Both the position numbers and the translations under genes were made by a program. 64,000 bases of DNA from NCBI GenBank assembly GCA_965217185.1, contig OZ244252.1:3712001-3776000 (forward strand), written 5' to 3'. The notes beneath the pieces were generated by a model. It was not told the origin of the DNA and searched no databases. It saw only the letters and a list, made by a program, of their open reading frames with translations. Position 1 is the stretch's first letter. Each line of letters starts with the position of its first letter. The stretch comes from an uncultured Candidatus Entotheonella sp. (lineage in GTDB: Bacteria; Tectomicrobia; Entotheonellia; Entotheonellales; Entotheonellaceae). Below, one piece after another: positions 39,649 to 47,640 of the stretch.

Positions 39649-39974
39649 TGTCATTCCTGGTTCAGCTGACCGATGACGCGACGCGCGACTTGGAGGAGGT
39701 CTGCGATTACATCGACCGGAACGATGCGCCGGGCCGGGCGGATTACGTTCTGAATCAGATCGAAAAGGCGCTTCGGAGCCTATCTGAGCATCCCCGACGC
39801 GGCAACTACCCGAAGGAACTGCTGGACCTTGGAATTCGAGAGTATCGCGAGCTCTTCTTCGAGCCTTACCACATCATCTACCGCGTGATCGAAAGCAATG
39901 TCTACATGCTGGTCATCGCTGATGGACGGCGTGACATGCAGTCGTTGTTGCAGCGGCGCTTGCTGCAGGCATAG
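39648..39974 (+). CDS. RelE/ParE family toxin
   Basis: DATRDLEEVCDYI, P.RGNYPKEL, YRE, YHIIYRV, DGRRDM. Confidence 0.9.
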   Translation: MSFLVQLTDDATRDLEEVCDYIDRNDAPGRADYVLNQIEKALRSLSEHPRRGNYPKELLDLGIREYRELFFEPYHIIYRVIESNVYMLVIADGRRDMQSLLQRRLLQA

Positions 39975-40010
39975 AGACAGCTTCCGTTGGCCAGCGCCGC
40001 CTGGTCGGCT

Positions 40011-40039
40011 ACTTCTGATAACCCCGTGTTATGTCAAAT
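40011..40039 (+). other. dif-like Xer recombination site 1
   Basis: ACTTCTGATAA-CCCCGTG-TTATGTCAAAT; right arm is 10/11 identical to the E. coli XerD arm TTATGTTAAAT. Confidence 0.75.
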
Positions 40040-40089
40040 TTTCGTGCAACTGCCCGTAGCGGGCCTCGACTGTGACCGCTTTTAGATCG

Positions 40090-40593
40090 TCAACGCTGAG
40101 CGTCGAAGACACATTTGAAAGTGATAACTCGTGCCTTGATGCTATAGCTAGCTCCTGAACGTCCTGCCACCTCGGTAGCCACAATCATGCGCATGCCGGT
40201 ATGTATGACAAAGCTAAGCATGCCCTCTTCACCAGTAAGCCCTCGGTTTGGCTTGACAACCATCAGCATATCGTCATCGACATCCATAATGATGGCAGGG
40301 TTGTTGTCAATTAGCATGACATGAGTGTTATCAACAAGAAAATACTGGAAAATCCATGGTTCACCTCCGAATTTTTCTCCCTCACTCCATCCCTCATCGG
40401 GGGTTAGTTGTAGCCCATCAGGCGCGTAAATCCCGGTCCTGAACGCCTTTATATGCTCGTCTTCGCATACGGCCTGAAATGGAGGCATGGCACTCGCTAA
40501 TTTCGGCAATAGCATCACAGTAGAGGTGAGCAAGAGGGCAGTGATTAGTTGTTTGACCGCCCTACGCTGCACATCATGTTCCATCTCGACCAT
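40090..40593 (-). CDS. Cassette 1: hypothetical secreted protein
   Basis: AT-richer ORF with a signal-peptide-like segment (KQLITALLLTSTVMLLPKLASA); start uncertain (40650, 40593 or 40584). Confidence 0.65.
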   Translation of the reverse strand: MVEMEHDVQRRAVKQLITALLLTSTVMLLPKLASAMPPFQAVCEDEHIKAFRTGIYAPDGLQLTPDEGWSEGEKFGGEPWIFQYFLVDNTHVMLIDNNPAIIMDVDDDMLMVVKPNRGLTGEEGMLSFVIHTGMRMIVATEVAGRSGASYSIKARVITFKCVFDAQR

Positions 40594-40656
40594 TAGTTTT
40601 CTCTCAGTTCTAGGGTGGCAAGGCGTCAACGGTTCCTCTATCGACACCATTCAACA

Positions 40657-40684
40657 ACTTACGATAAGAGCAATTATGTCACCT
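40657..40684 (+). other. dif-like Xer recombination site 2
   Basis: ACTTACGATAA-GAGCAA-TTATGTCACCT. Confidence 0.75.
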
Positions 40685-40712
40685 TTAGCCAAGACTTCAC
40701 GCTTCCTTCGGA

Positions 40713-41408
40713 ATGGTCATGCTTGAGACACGGATAACTATTGCCCTTGTAGTTCTCGCGGTTGTAGCACTTATTGGCGGTTTCTTTAACGCACCGGAGC
40801 CTGAAGCAAAAAACGTTTTGCACACAGTGTCTATGGGGTTCGTGGTAAGTGTCATTTTTTACTTTATCGTTGTGTGGGTCCCAAGGTGCCGACAGAAACG
40901 CCGACTGCGCCGCCATCTGCAAAAGCAATACGATGCCTTTAGATTGAGGTGTATACATGAATTTTTGATCGCGAATGGATCGTCACAAAGACATTACCCT
41001 GGGCGACGACAGAGGAGAGCACTCCTGCAGAAGAATGAGTTCTGTCGCTTTTTCCGTACCGTCCAAATAAACGACGACGGCCAAACTCGCTGGGATGTCG
41101 TAATGGAAACACTCGATGATGATACATATGGAACCCTTAAAGATATCTTGCATGAGTTGGAAATATTGAGGGAAAATATTATATATGCTCTTAATCATAT
41201 TGATATTCATGACGACGAAGTGTTTGAATTTTTACAGCATCTGTCTCATGTCATCCTTTGCGTTAAAGATGTCGATCCAAGAACATATTATCGAAATGCA
41301 GACATGAGGAGGCTGGAAGGAACTCTTTTTACGATTTTTACGGGCTGGAGTATCACCACAGGATTTCAGAAGGAAGACATCATCCAATCCATGATCGAAC
41401 GAATCTGA
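40713..41408 (+). CDS. Cassette 2: hypothetical protein with two N-terminal TM helices
   Basis: AT-rich 231-aa ORF filling the space between sites 2 and 3. Confidence 0.7.
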   Translation: MVMLETRITIALVVLAVVALIGGFFNAPEPEAKNVLHTVSMGFVVSVIFYFIVVWVPRCRQKRRLRRHLQKQYDAFRLRCIHEFLIANGSSQRHYPGRRQRRALLQKNEFCRFFRTVQINDDGQTRWDVVMETLDDDTYGTLKDILHELEILRENIIYALNHIDIHDDEVFEFLQHLSHVILCVKDVDPRTYYRNADMRRLEGTLFTIFTGWSITTGFQKEDIIQSMIERI

Positions 41409-41427
41409 ATCCAACTAATCAGGTTCA

Positions 41428-41455
41428 ACTTCCGATAAGGGGGGTTATGTCACCT
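41428..41455 (+). other. dif-like Xer recombination site 3
   Basis: ACTTCCGATAA-GGGGGG-TTATGTCACCT; left arm is 9/11 identical to the B. subtilis dif left arm ACTTCCTAGAA. Confidence 0.78.
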
Positions 41456-41743
41456 TACACCTTTCCGCACATAGGGAAGGCCAACATTATCCCAAACTAT
41501 GGGGATTTCATTCCCGGTACATGATTCGGAGCATGATCTAATACATCGCGAAAGGGCTTCCCGCTGCTGTGGTCGTGTCAGCGCTCGACAGGCATCTAAA
41601 GCCGTCTCAGTGATTCTATACTCGGTACATCCTTTGCAATCAAAGCGCTCGGCGTCAGCCTCGGCTTTCCCTCGGGGCATCCTACGACATTCAGCACTTT
41701 GACAAACAGGACACTCGCATTTCTTAGGTACATTCGGATTCAT
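41450..41743 (-). CDS. Cassette 3: small Cys-rich zinc-ribbon-like protein
   Basis: AGGAG RBS, ATG 41743; CPVC...CKGC.EYRIT; stop codon lies inside the right arm of site 3. Confidence 0.65.
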   Translation of the reverse strand: MNPNVPKKCECPVCQSAECRRMPRGKAEADAERFDCKGCTEYRITETALDACRALTRPQQREALSRCIRSCSESCTGNEIPIVWDNVGLPYVRKGVR

Positions 41744-41761
41744 AGTTTGTCTCCTCTCCGA

Positions 41762-41789
41762 ACTTCTAATAACCCCCAACTAAGGATGG
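41762..41789 (+). other. dif-like site 4 (left arm intact, right arm degenerate)
   Basis: ACTTCTAATAA-CCCCCA-ACTAAGGATGG. Confidence 0.5.
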
Positions 41790-41801
41790 CATGCAACTGT
41801 G

Positions 41802-42065
41802 ATGAAGAGCTGGTTCGTCGCTAGTTTAATGGTCGTCGTATTGTCGGGTTGCGCGGATATCTACTCACCGCGAAGCTACTCTGATGCTCCCGTCCCACTT
41901 GCGCCAATCATTTCACATCAAGGTCAAAAAGTTTACAGCGCGGATGAATGTGTGGGCGCTGTAGTCAACGGAGTATGTCACGGCACAATCATCCCGAAGA
42001 CGGGTTATCACAAGACGTGCTATGGAGAAATGTTGTTTGGCCGTTGTACTGGCCCGATGTTCTGA
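41802..42065 (+). CDS. Cassette 4: small Cys-rich lipoprotein
   Basis: Lipobox VLSGC; duplicated C-x-G-x3-G-x-C-x-G motif (ECVGAVVNGVCHG / TCYGEMLFGRCTG); stop codon lies inside the left arm of site 5. Confidence 0.7.
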   Translation: MKSWFVASLMVVVLSGCADIYSPRSYSDAPVPLAPIISHQGQKVYSADECVGAVVNGVCHGTIIPKTGYHKTCYGEMLFGRCTGPMF

Positions 42066-42086
42066 TAAGACCATTATATGTAAACT
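42058..42086 (+). other. dif-like Xer recombination site 5
   Basis: TGTTCTGATAA-GACCATT-ATATGTAAACT; right arm is 10/11 identical to the B. subtilis dif right arm TTATGTAAACT. Confidence 0.65.
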
Positions 42087-42386
42087 TTCGTATGCGCTGA
42101 AACCCGCATAGATAATGGCTTTGCGCGTTTCGTCGGATACGCCGAGGCGAATTCCCCACCGGAAAGGGCGATTTTGGCCGTTTCGGGCGAAAACGGTGGG
42201 GCGGCTATGAACCTGAAGGGCTTTCCTGCACCCCTCAGTGGGGTATTCGTGGGAGTTTCGCGGCGTCGTGCTTCAGACCGGACGCGGGTCGCGGACACTA
42301 GCAGCGGCCCGGAAACGGCAGGGATTTCCCGCTTCAGGGGGAGGGCAACGCCGCCGTCACGACAGGTAAGCCCGCAGGAATACCGC

Positions 42387-43389
42387 TCACGTCCAGGGCA
42401 GGAACACGGTGGCGCCTGTGGTCTCCCTCGCTTCGAGCGCCCGGTGTGCCTCGGCGGCCTCCGAGAGCGGGTAGACGTGGTTCACGGCGGGCCGCACGAC
42501 TCCCTGCCCGAGGACCTCGAACAGTTCTTCCCCGCTGCGCTCCAGGGCGTCGCGCGTTCCGAGGTAGTGCATGATGGCGGGACGGGTGAGAAAGAGGGAG
42601 CCGCGCGCGCCGAGCTCGATGACGTCAACGGGGTCGGGAGGGCCCGGAGGCGTGGCCGTAGCTCGCCATCATGCCGAGCGGGCGCAGGCAATCGAGCGAA
42701 CGGCGGAACGTGTCCTTGCCGATCGATTCGTAGACGACGGCGCAGCCCTCGCCGTTCGTCACTTCGCGGACGGTGGCGACGAAATCCCCCTCGCCATGGA
42801 TGACGACGTGCTCCGCCCCTGCCGCGCGGGCCTGTTCTGCTTTCACCGCCGAGCTCACGGTGCCGATGACGATCGCCCCCAGATACTTCGCCCACTGGCA
42901 GAGCAGCAGCCCCGTGGCGCCTGCGGCGGCGTGGACGAGCACGACGTCGCCCCGCTCCACGCGATACGTCCGCCGCACGAGGTATTGCACGGTCAGGCCC
43001 TTGAGCATCGAGGCAGCGAGAATGCGGTCGTCGAGATGGTCGAGGGAGGCCGGCACCTTGAGGAGATTCGCCGCCGGATAGTTGCGCACCTGGCTGTAGG
43101 CGCCGTGGGGCGGCAGCGCATAGGCGACCCGATCGCCCGCTGCAAACCCGGTGACGCCGGGTCCGACCTCCTCGACGCGGCCGGCGCCCTCGAAGCCGAG
43201 CACGACCGGCAGCGGCGGCACCGGCCACGGGTGCGGTATGCCGCGGCGGTGATAGGTATCGACGAAGTTGAGCCCGACCGCCTCATTGCGCAGCCGAACT
43301 TCGCCGGGGCCGGGCGCCGGTATGTCGATGGACTCCCAGCGCAACACCTCGGGCGTGCCCTTCTCGTGGATCACCGCTGCCATCGGCAT
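42387..43389 (-). pseudogene. qor: Quinone oxidoreductase (zeta-crystallin/MDR family), frameshifted
   Basis: GLNFVDTYHRRG, LGFEGAG, HAAAGATG, YESIGKDT; one extra base near 42640-42646 after GHASG; the other frame continues PDPVDVIELGARGSLFLTRP...ETTGATV. Confidence 0.85.
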
Positions 43390-43444
43390 CGCTTGCTTTC
43401 CTCCTGCGTTATAGAACCCCTTCGCTGGGCCGGAAACCTCGGCT

Positions 43445-44617
43445 TCAGGGCGTGGTGGCGCGCATCGAGCCGGGGTGCCCGGGCAGCGCCAGCCTGCGGC
43501 CCGTATCGACGATCTGACCGTCCTGCACCTTGAACACGCTGACGTCGGCATCCAGCAGGTTGGCGACCAGCAGCCAGCGGCCGTCCGGGCTGAAGGCCAG
43601 CGCTTCGGGGACGCCGCCGGCCGGGAGTTCTGCCACGTGGCGTACGCCCGAGTCGCTGATCTCGAACACCTGGATGCAGCCCGGGCTGCGCAGAAACCAG
43701 GCGTCCGGCGGCGCGTCGCTGCCGCACAGATTGCCGGTCACCGCCAGGCGGCTATCCGGGCTGATGGTGATGCCCTCCGGCGCGTCGCCCGCCGCCAGGT
43801 GGTCGATGACGCGCGGCGGGTTGTGCTGCAAGTCGATCACGGTGATCGAGTCGATGTTTCCGTCGGAGCGCCCGTTGTTGCCGGTGTTGGCCACGATGGC
43901 TAGGCGCCCGTCGGGGGTGATGTCGGCGTTGTACGGGTAGTCGCCAACCGCCAGGTCCGGTCCAACGAGGGTAATCTCAGTGCCGTCGATGGCCAGAAAC
44001 GACACCTGGTCCGTGCTGGCCTTGTTGATCATCGCGCGTTTGCCGTCCGGCGTGAACGCCACGTGGGTGACCTGATCGCCCGTCTCCACCTTGCCCTCGA
44101 AACGCACCTGCTTGCCCGCGATGCTGAGCACCGACACGGATGTCTCGGCGCGGTTGGCGACGAGCGCCATACGCCCGTCTGGGCTGATGGCCATGCCGGA
44201 GGGCTGGCTGCCCACGGTGAGGGTGTCGATGACCCGCGGCGGGTCCGCCTCCAGGTCGATGACGTGCAGCTTGTCGCTGGGCATGAACTTGGGTGGCGAG
44301 GCGTCGGGATCGATCATTACGGCTTCCGCCACCAGCGCCAGGCGGTTGTCCGCCGTGACGGCCAGATTGGTCGGCGGGCCAAAGATGCTGTTCGGCACCT
44401 CAACGGTGGCGCGCAGCGTCGGGCCGTCCGGGCCGATGTCGATGATGGACACGGATTGCATGCCCTGCGGGTCGATCTGCAGCTTGCCGTCGACAACCAG
44501 GGCCTTGTTGTCGTTGCCCGCGATGACCACCTGCGCCAGCGGGGTCGAGGGGAATTGGACGGCCAGCACAACGGCCAGCGGCGCCAGCAGCCAACGAATG
44601 CTTGGAATGGTTCTCAT
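43445..44617 (-). CDS. Secreted YncE/YVTN-like beta-propeller protein
   Basis: Signal peptide; repeated P.G.AISPDG / AFTPDG / ITPDG blades. Confidence 0.85.
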   Translation of the reverse strand: MRTIPSIRWLLAPLAVVLAVQFPSTPLAQVVIAGNDNKALVVDGKLQIDPQGMQSVSIIDIGPDGPTLRATVEVPNSIFGPPTNLAVTADNRLALVAEAVMIDPDASPPKFMPSDKLHVIDLEADPPRVIDTLTVGSQPSGMAISPDGRMALVANRAETSVSVLSIAGKQVRFEGKVETGDQVTHVAFTPDGKRAMINKASTDQVSFLAIDGTEITLVGPDLAVGDYPYNADITPDGRLAIVANTGNNGRSDGNIDSITVIDLQHNPPRVIDHLAAGDAPEGITISPDSRLAVTGNLCGSDAPPDAWFLRSPGCIQVFEISDSGVRHVAELPAGGVPEALAFSPDGRWLLVANLLDADVSVFKVQDGQIVDTGRRLALPGHPGSMRATTP

Positions 44618-44790
44618 GGTGGTGGGACTCCTCCAGCAAAATGCCGCGTGATGTTTTCTTTGGGGTCGTTTCAGGGCAGCGATTATAGCACGCCGGGGTG
44701 CGGTCGCCTCTGGCGGTTGGCATCCCTGTCCCCTATGATGGGCGCTTCCTTCGTTACCGAATGGGGCACTCATCACAGAAGGGGGAACGT

Positions 44791-45579
44791 ATGGATCGGG
44801 TAGCTGCCGCGGCCGACTTCCTGGCGGAGTTGCGGCGTACACGGAGCGTTGCGGAGGCGCTGCCGGAAACCTGCCGACCGGTGGAAGCGTCCGAAGCCTA
44901 CGCCGTGCAGGCCGCCCTCGTCGAGCGGCTCCTGGCGCCGTCGCACGGGCACGCGGTGGGCTACAAAGTGGCGTGCACCAACAAGTTGGCGCAAGACCTG
45001 CTGCGCGTCGACGGACCGTTCTGCGGCCGGCTGTTGTCACCGACGGTCTATGCGGCGCCGGCCCGCCTGTCCGCCGGTGACTTCGTGCATCGCATCCTCG
45101 AAGCGGAATTCGCTTTCGAGATGGCCGACACGGTGCCTGCAGCCGCCGAGCCTTACACCGCGGAGTCCATTGCCCCCTTCGTGCGCGCCATCCTGCCGGC
45201 TATCGAGATCGTCGATTGGCACTACGTGGACTGGACTGCGGCCGGGGCGCTGTCGCTGATTGCCGACAACGCCATCCACGGCGCCTGGATCGCCGGTGAG
45301 CCGTACGCGGCATGGCGCGATCTGGATTTGGCCACGCACGAGGTGCGGCTCATCGTCAACGGCCAGGTCATCACACAAGGCAACGGCGCCGCGGTGCTGG
45401 GGCATCCGCTCAACGTGATGGCGTGGCTGGCTAACGAGTTGCCCAAATACGGCAGCGCCCTCAAGGCCGGCGACCGGGTCAGCACCGGCGTGTGCACGGA
45501 CGTTTACGGGGGGAAGGCCGGCGACCGCGTGCGGGCCGATTTTGGCGTCCTGGGTGGGGTGGATCTGGTCTTCGATTAG
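44791..45579 (+). CDS. 2-keto-4-pentenoate hydratase / FAA hydrolase family protein
   Basis: AYAVQ, GYKVACT, EAEFAF, PAIEIVD, ADNA, VLGHPL..WLAN, LKAGD.VSTG. Confidence 0.88.
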   Translation: MDRVAAAADFLAELRRTRSVAEALPETCRPVEASEAYAVQAALVERLLAPSHGHAVGYKVACTNKLAQDLLRVDGPFCGRLLSPTVYAAPARLSAGDFVHRILEAEFAFEMADTVPAAAEPYTAESIAPFVRAILPAIEIVDWHYVDWTAAGALSLIADNAIHGAWIAGEPYAAWRDLDLATHEVRLIVNGQVITQGNGAAVLGHPLNVMAWLANELPKYGSALKAGDRVSTGVCTDVYGGKAGDRVRADFGVLGGVDLVFD

Positions 45580-45592
45580 CCGGGGGGAATGG

Positions 45593-46150
45593 GTGCGCGT
45601 CACGGTCGCAAGCTGCGGCATTCTACTTGCCTTGCTGGTTTTCAACGCCTTTAGTCCCCTGGCGGCGCAGGAACGCCCGCAAATCCCGTCCGAATCACGG
45701 CAGGAAGCGTTGTGGCAATACGCGGTGAGGCTCGGCAAGGGCAACGGCCTCATTGCGCGGCCCGCCATCCGCCTGGTGGAACTCGACAAGGGCGCCGCCA
45801 TGGCCGACCTTCGGAAGGGCGAGGTGCACCTGCATCCGGTGCACGCTTTTTCCGGTGTGCCGCGCATCGTCGAGCTTTATCTGGCGCACGAATACCTGCA
45901 TTTCGTGCTCTACTACAAGGGCATGCCCGCTGCCGTGCAGCACTGCTGGATGGCCCGCAAGCGCATCGAAAACACGCTGACGTTCGATTTTCTCGACCGC
46001 ATCGGCCAGCACGGCACACTGCGGCGCTCCATGCTCAAGCACGCCACCTTCATTTCCTGGAAGTGGCGCCAGCAGTGCCAGGAAACCAGCGGCTGGTGGC
46101 ACCCCCGAGTCTTGCGCCAAGGAGTAGACGTACCGCGCTTGGCGAACTGA
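45593..46150 (+). CDS. Hypothetical exported protein with HExxH motif
   Basis: Hydrophobic N-terminus ending AAQ; LAHEYLH. Confidence 0.55.
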   Translation: MRVTVASCGILLALLVFNAFSPLAAQERPQIPSESRQEALWQYAVRLGKGNGLIARPAIRLVELDKGAAMADLRKGEVHLHPVHAFSGVPRIVELYLAHEYLHFVLYYKGMPAAVQHCWMARKRIENTLTFDFLDRIGQHGTLRRSMLKHATFISWKWRQQCQETSGWWHPRVLRQGVDVPRLAN

Positions 46151-46177
46151 AGTGGCTTCATCTGGAGGACCGAACAG

Positions 46178-46405
46178 ATGGATGATGTCCTGACCCTGAC
46201 CCAGATCGAGGCGCAATTCGCGTCGGAGTGGGTGCTCGTAGAAGATCCGCAGACCAATGAAGCCCTGGAAGTGCAGAGTGGCAAGGTGCGCTGGCATAGC
46301 AAGGACCGAGATGAGGTCTATCGCAAAGCTGTGGTGTTGTGCCCCAAACGATTTGCCATTCTGTATACTGGGACAATGCCGCAAGGCACGGCAATCGTCT
46401 TATGA
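46178..46405 (+). CDS. Small DUF5678-like protein
   Basis: F.SEWVLVEDP, GKV.WHSKDRDEVY, AILYTG; GGAGG RBS; ATGA overlap with the protease gene. Confidence 0.65.
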   Translation: MDDVLTLTQIEAQFASEWVLVEDPQTNEALEVQSGKVRWHSKDRDEVYRKAVVLCPKRFAILYTGTMPQGTAIVL

Positions 46406-46713
46406 GTTTCCCCTTCGATCCTCAACAGGGATTGATCACTGTCCGTGCAGAGTTGTGGGGGCCGACTGGCAGCGCCGTACTCCGTCTCGCCATCGACACT
46501 GGAGCAACGGGCACGGTAGTTAACGTCGGTATGTTGGTTGCCATTGGCTACGACCCGGCATTGGTGCCAGACCGCGTCCAAGTGACCACGGGAAGCGGTG
46601 TTGAGTTTGCGCCACGCGTCGTGCTCGACCGGATCATGGCTTTCGGTCTCGATTTCTTTTCTGGGCGGTGTTTGACTATTGATTTTCATGCTGGACACGT
46701 AACATTTACCTGA
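46402..46713 (+). CDS. Retropepsin-like (clan AA) aspartyl protease, apparently internally deleted
   Basis: AIDTGAT catalytic motif, VTTGSG flap, GLDFF; the segment before GLDF looks short. Confidence 0.7.
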   Translation: MSFPFDPQQGLITVRAELWGPTGSAVLRLAIDTGATGTVVNVGMLVAIGYDPALVPDRVQVTTGSGVEFAPRVVLDRIMAFGLDFFSGRCLTIDFHAGHVTFT

Positions 46714-46836
46714 AAGCGTTAAAACGCGAGGCATTTCAGGTCTTTTTTGCACCGGCAGGGCGTCGTCGGAATACTGGGTCGCCTTGGGCCCCTGCGCCAT
46801 CGGATCGTACAGAGGGAAGAATGGAGAGAACTGACT

Positions 46837-47616
46837 ATGGCATACGAGTTTGCGACCTATGAGAAAAAAGGCCGCATTGCGACCGTGACGATCAAGCGCC
46901 CGGAACGCATGAATGCCCTGCATCCGCCCGCCAACCTGGAGCTTCATGAGATCTGGAACGACTTTCAGAACGACCCCGAGGTATGGATCGGCATCCTCAC
47001 CGGCAGCGGCGACAAGGCGTTCTCGGCGGGCAACGATCTGAAATACACGGCGGAACACGGCCTGGGCATGGTGCGCGTCGGCGAGAGCGGCTTCGGCGGC
47101 TTGGCCAAGCGCACGGATTGTTGGAAGCCGATCATCGCCGCGGTCAATGGCTTCGCGCTCGGCGGCGGCTTCGAGATGGCATTGTCGTGCGACATCATCA
47201 TCGCCGCCGATCACGCCCGTCTCGGCCTGCCCGAGCCGCGCGTCGGGCTGATGGCGGGCGCCGGCGGGGTGCACCGGCTGCCGCGCATGATGCCGCAGAA
47301 GATCGCCATGGGCTACATCCTGACCGGTCGCCACATGACGGCGCAGGAAGCGCACCGCTGGGGCATCGTCAACGAGGTGGTGCCGCTCGCCGACCTCATG
47401 CCCACCGTCCACCGCTGGGCGCAGGACATCCTGGAGGGCGCGCCGCTGTCCATCCGGGCCAGCAAGCAGGCGGCGATGATGGGGCTCGGCCATCCGCTGG
47501 ATATTGCCCTCAACCTGGAGTATACCCAGAGCACCGCCATGCGGCGTTCCGAGGACGTTGTCGAGGGGCCGAAAGCCTTTGCCGAGAAACGCAAGCCGAA
47601 CTGGAAGGGCCGCTAA
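46837..47616 (+). CDS. Enoyl-CoA hydratase/crotonase (CaiD-like)
   Basis: RPERMNAL, FSAGNDLK, KPIIAAVNGFALGGGFE, GLPEPRVG, EGPKAFAEKRKP.W. Confidence 0.92.
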   Translation: MAYEFATYEKKGRIATVTIKRPERMNALHPPANLELHEIWNDFQNDPEVWIGILTGSGDKAFSAGNDLKYTAEHGLGMVRVGESGFGGLAKRTDCWKPIIAAVNGFALGGGFEMALSCDIIIAADHARLGLPEPRVGLMAGAGGVHRLPRMMPQKIAMGYILTGRHMTAQEAHRWGIVNEVVPLADLMPTVHRWAQDILEGAPLSIRASKQAAMMGLGHPLDIALNLEYTQSTAMRRSEDVVEGPKAFAEKRKPNWKGR

Positions 47617-47640
47617 GGCGCCCCCGCTGCGAGAGGAACG

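Noticed and set aside
40011..42086. Classical integron (attC) or CRISPR interpretation of the repeated sites
   Set aside because: No long RYYYAAC...GTTRRRY hairpins and no intI; the spacing of 300-770 bp is far too long for CRISPR, and no cas genes are present. The 11-6/7-11 dif architecture fits better.
42625..42650. Programmed frameshift in qor
   Set aside because: No slippery heptamer, and the family is not known to use one; mutation or sequencing indel is more likely.
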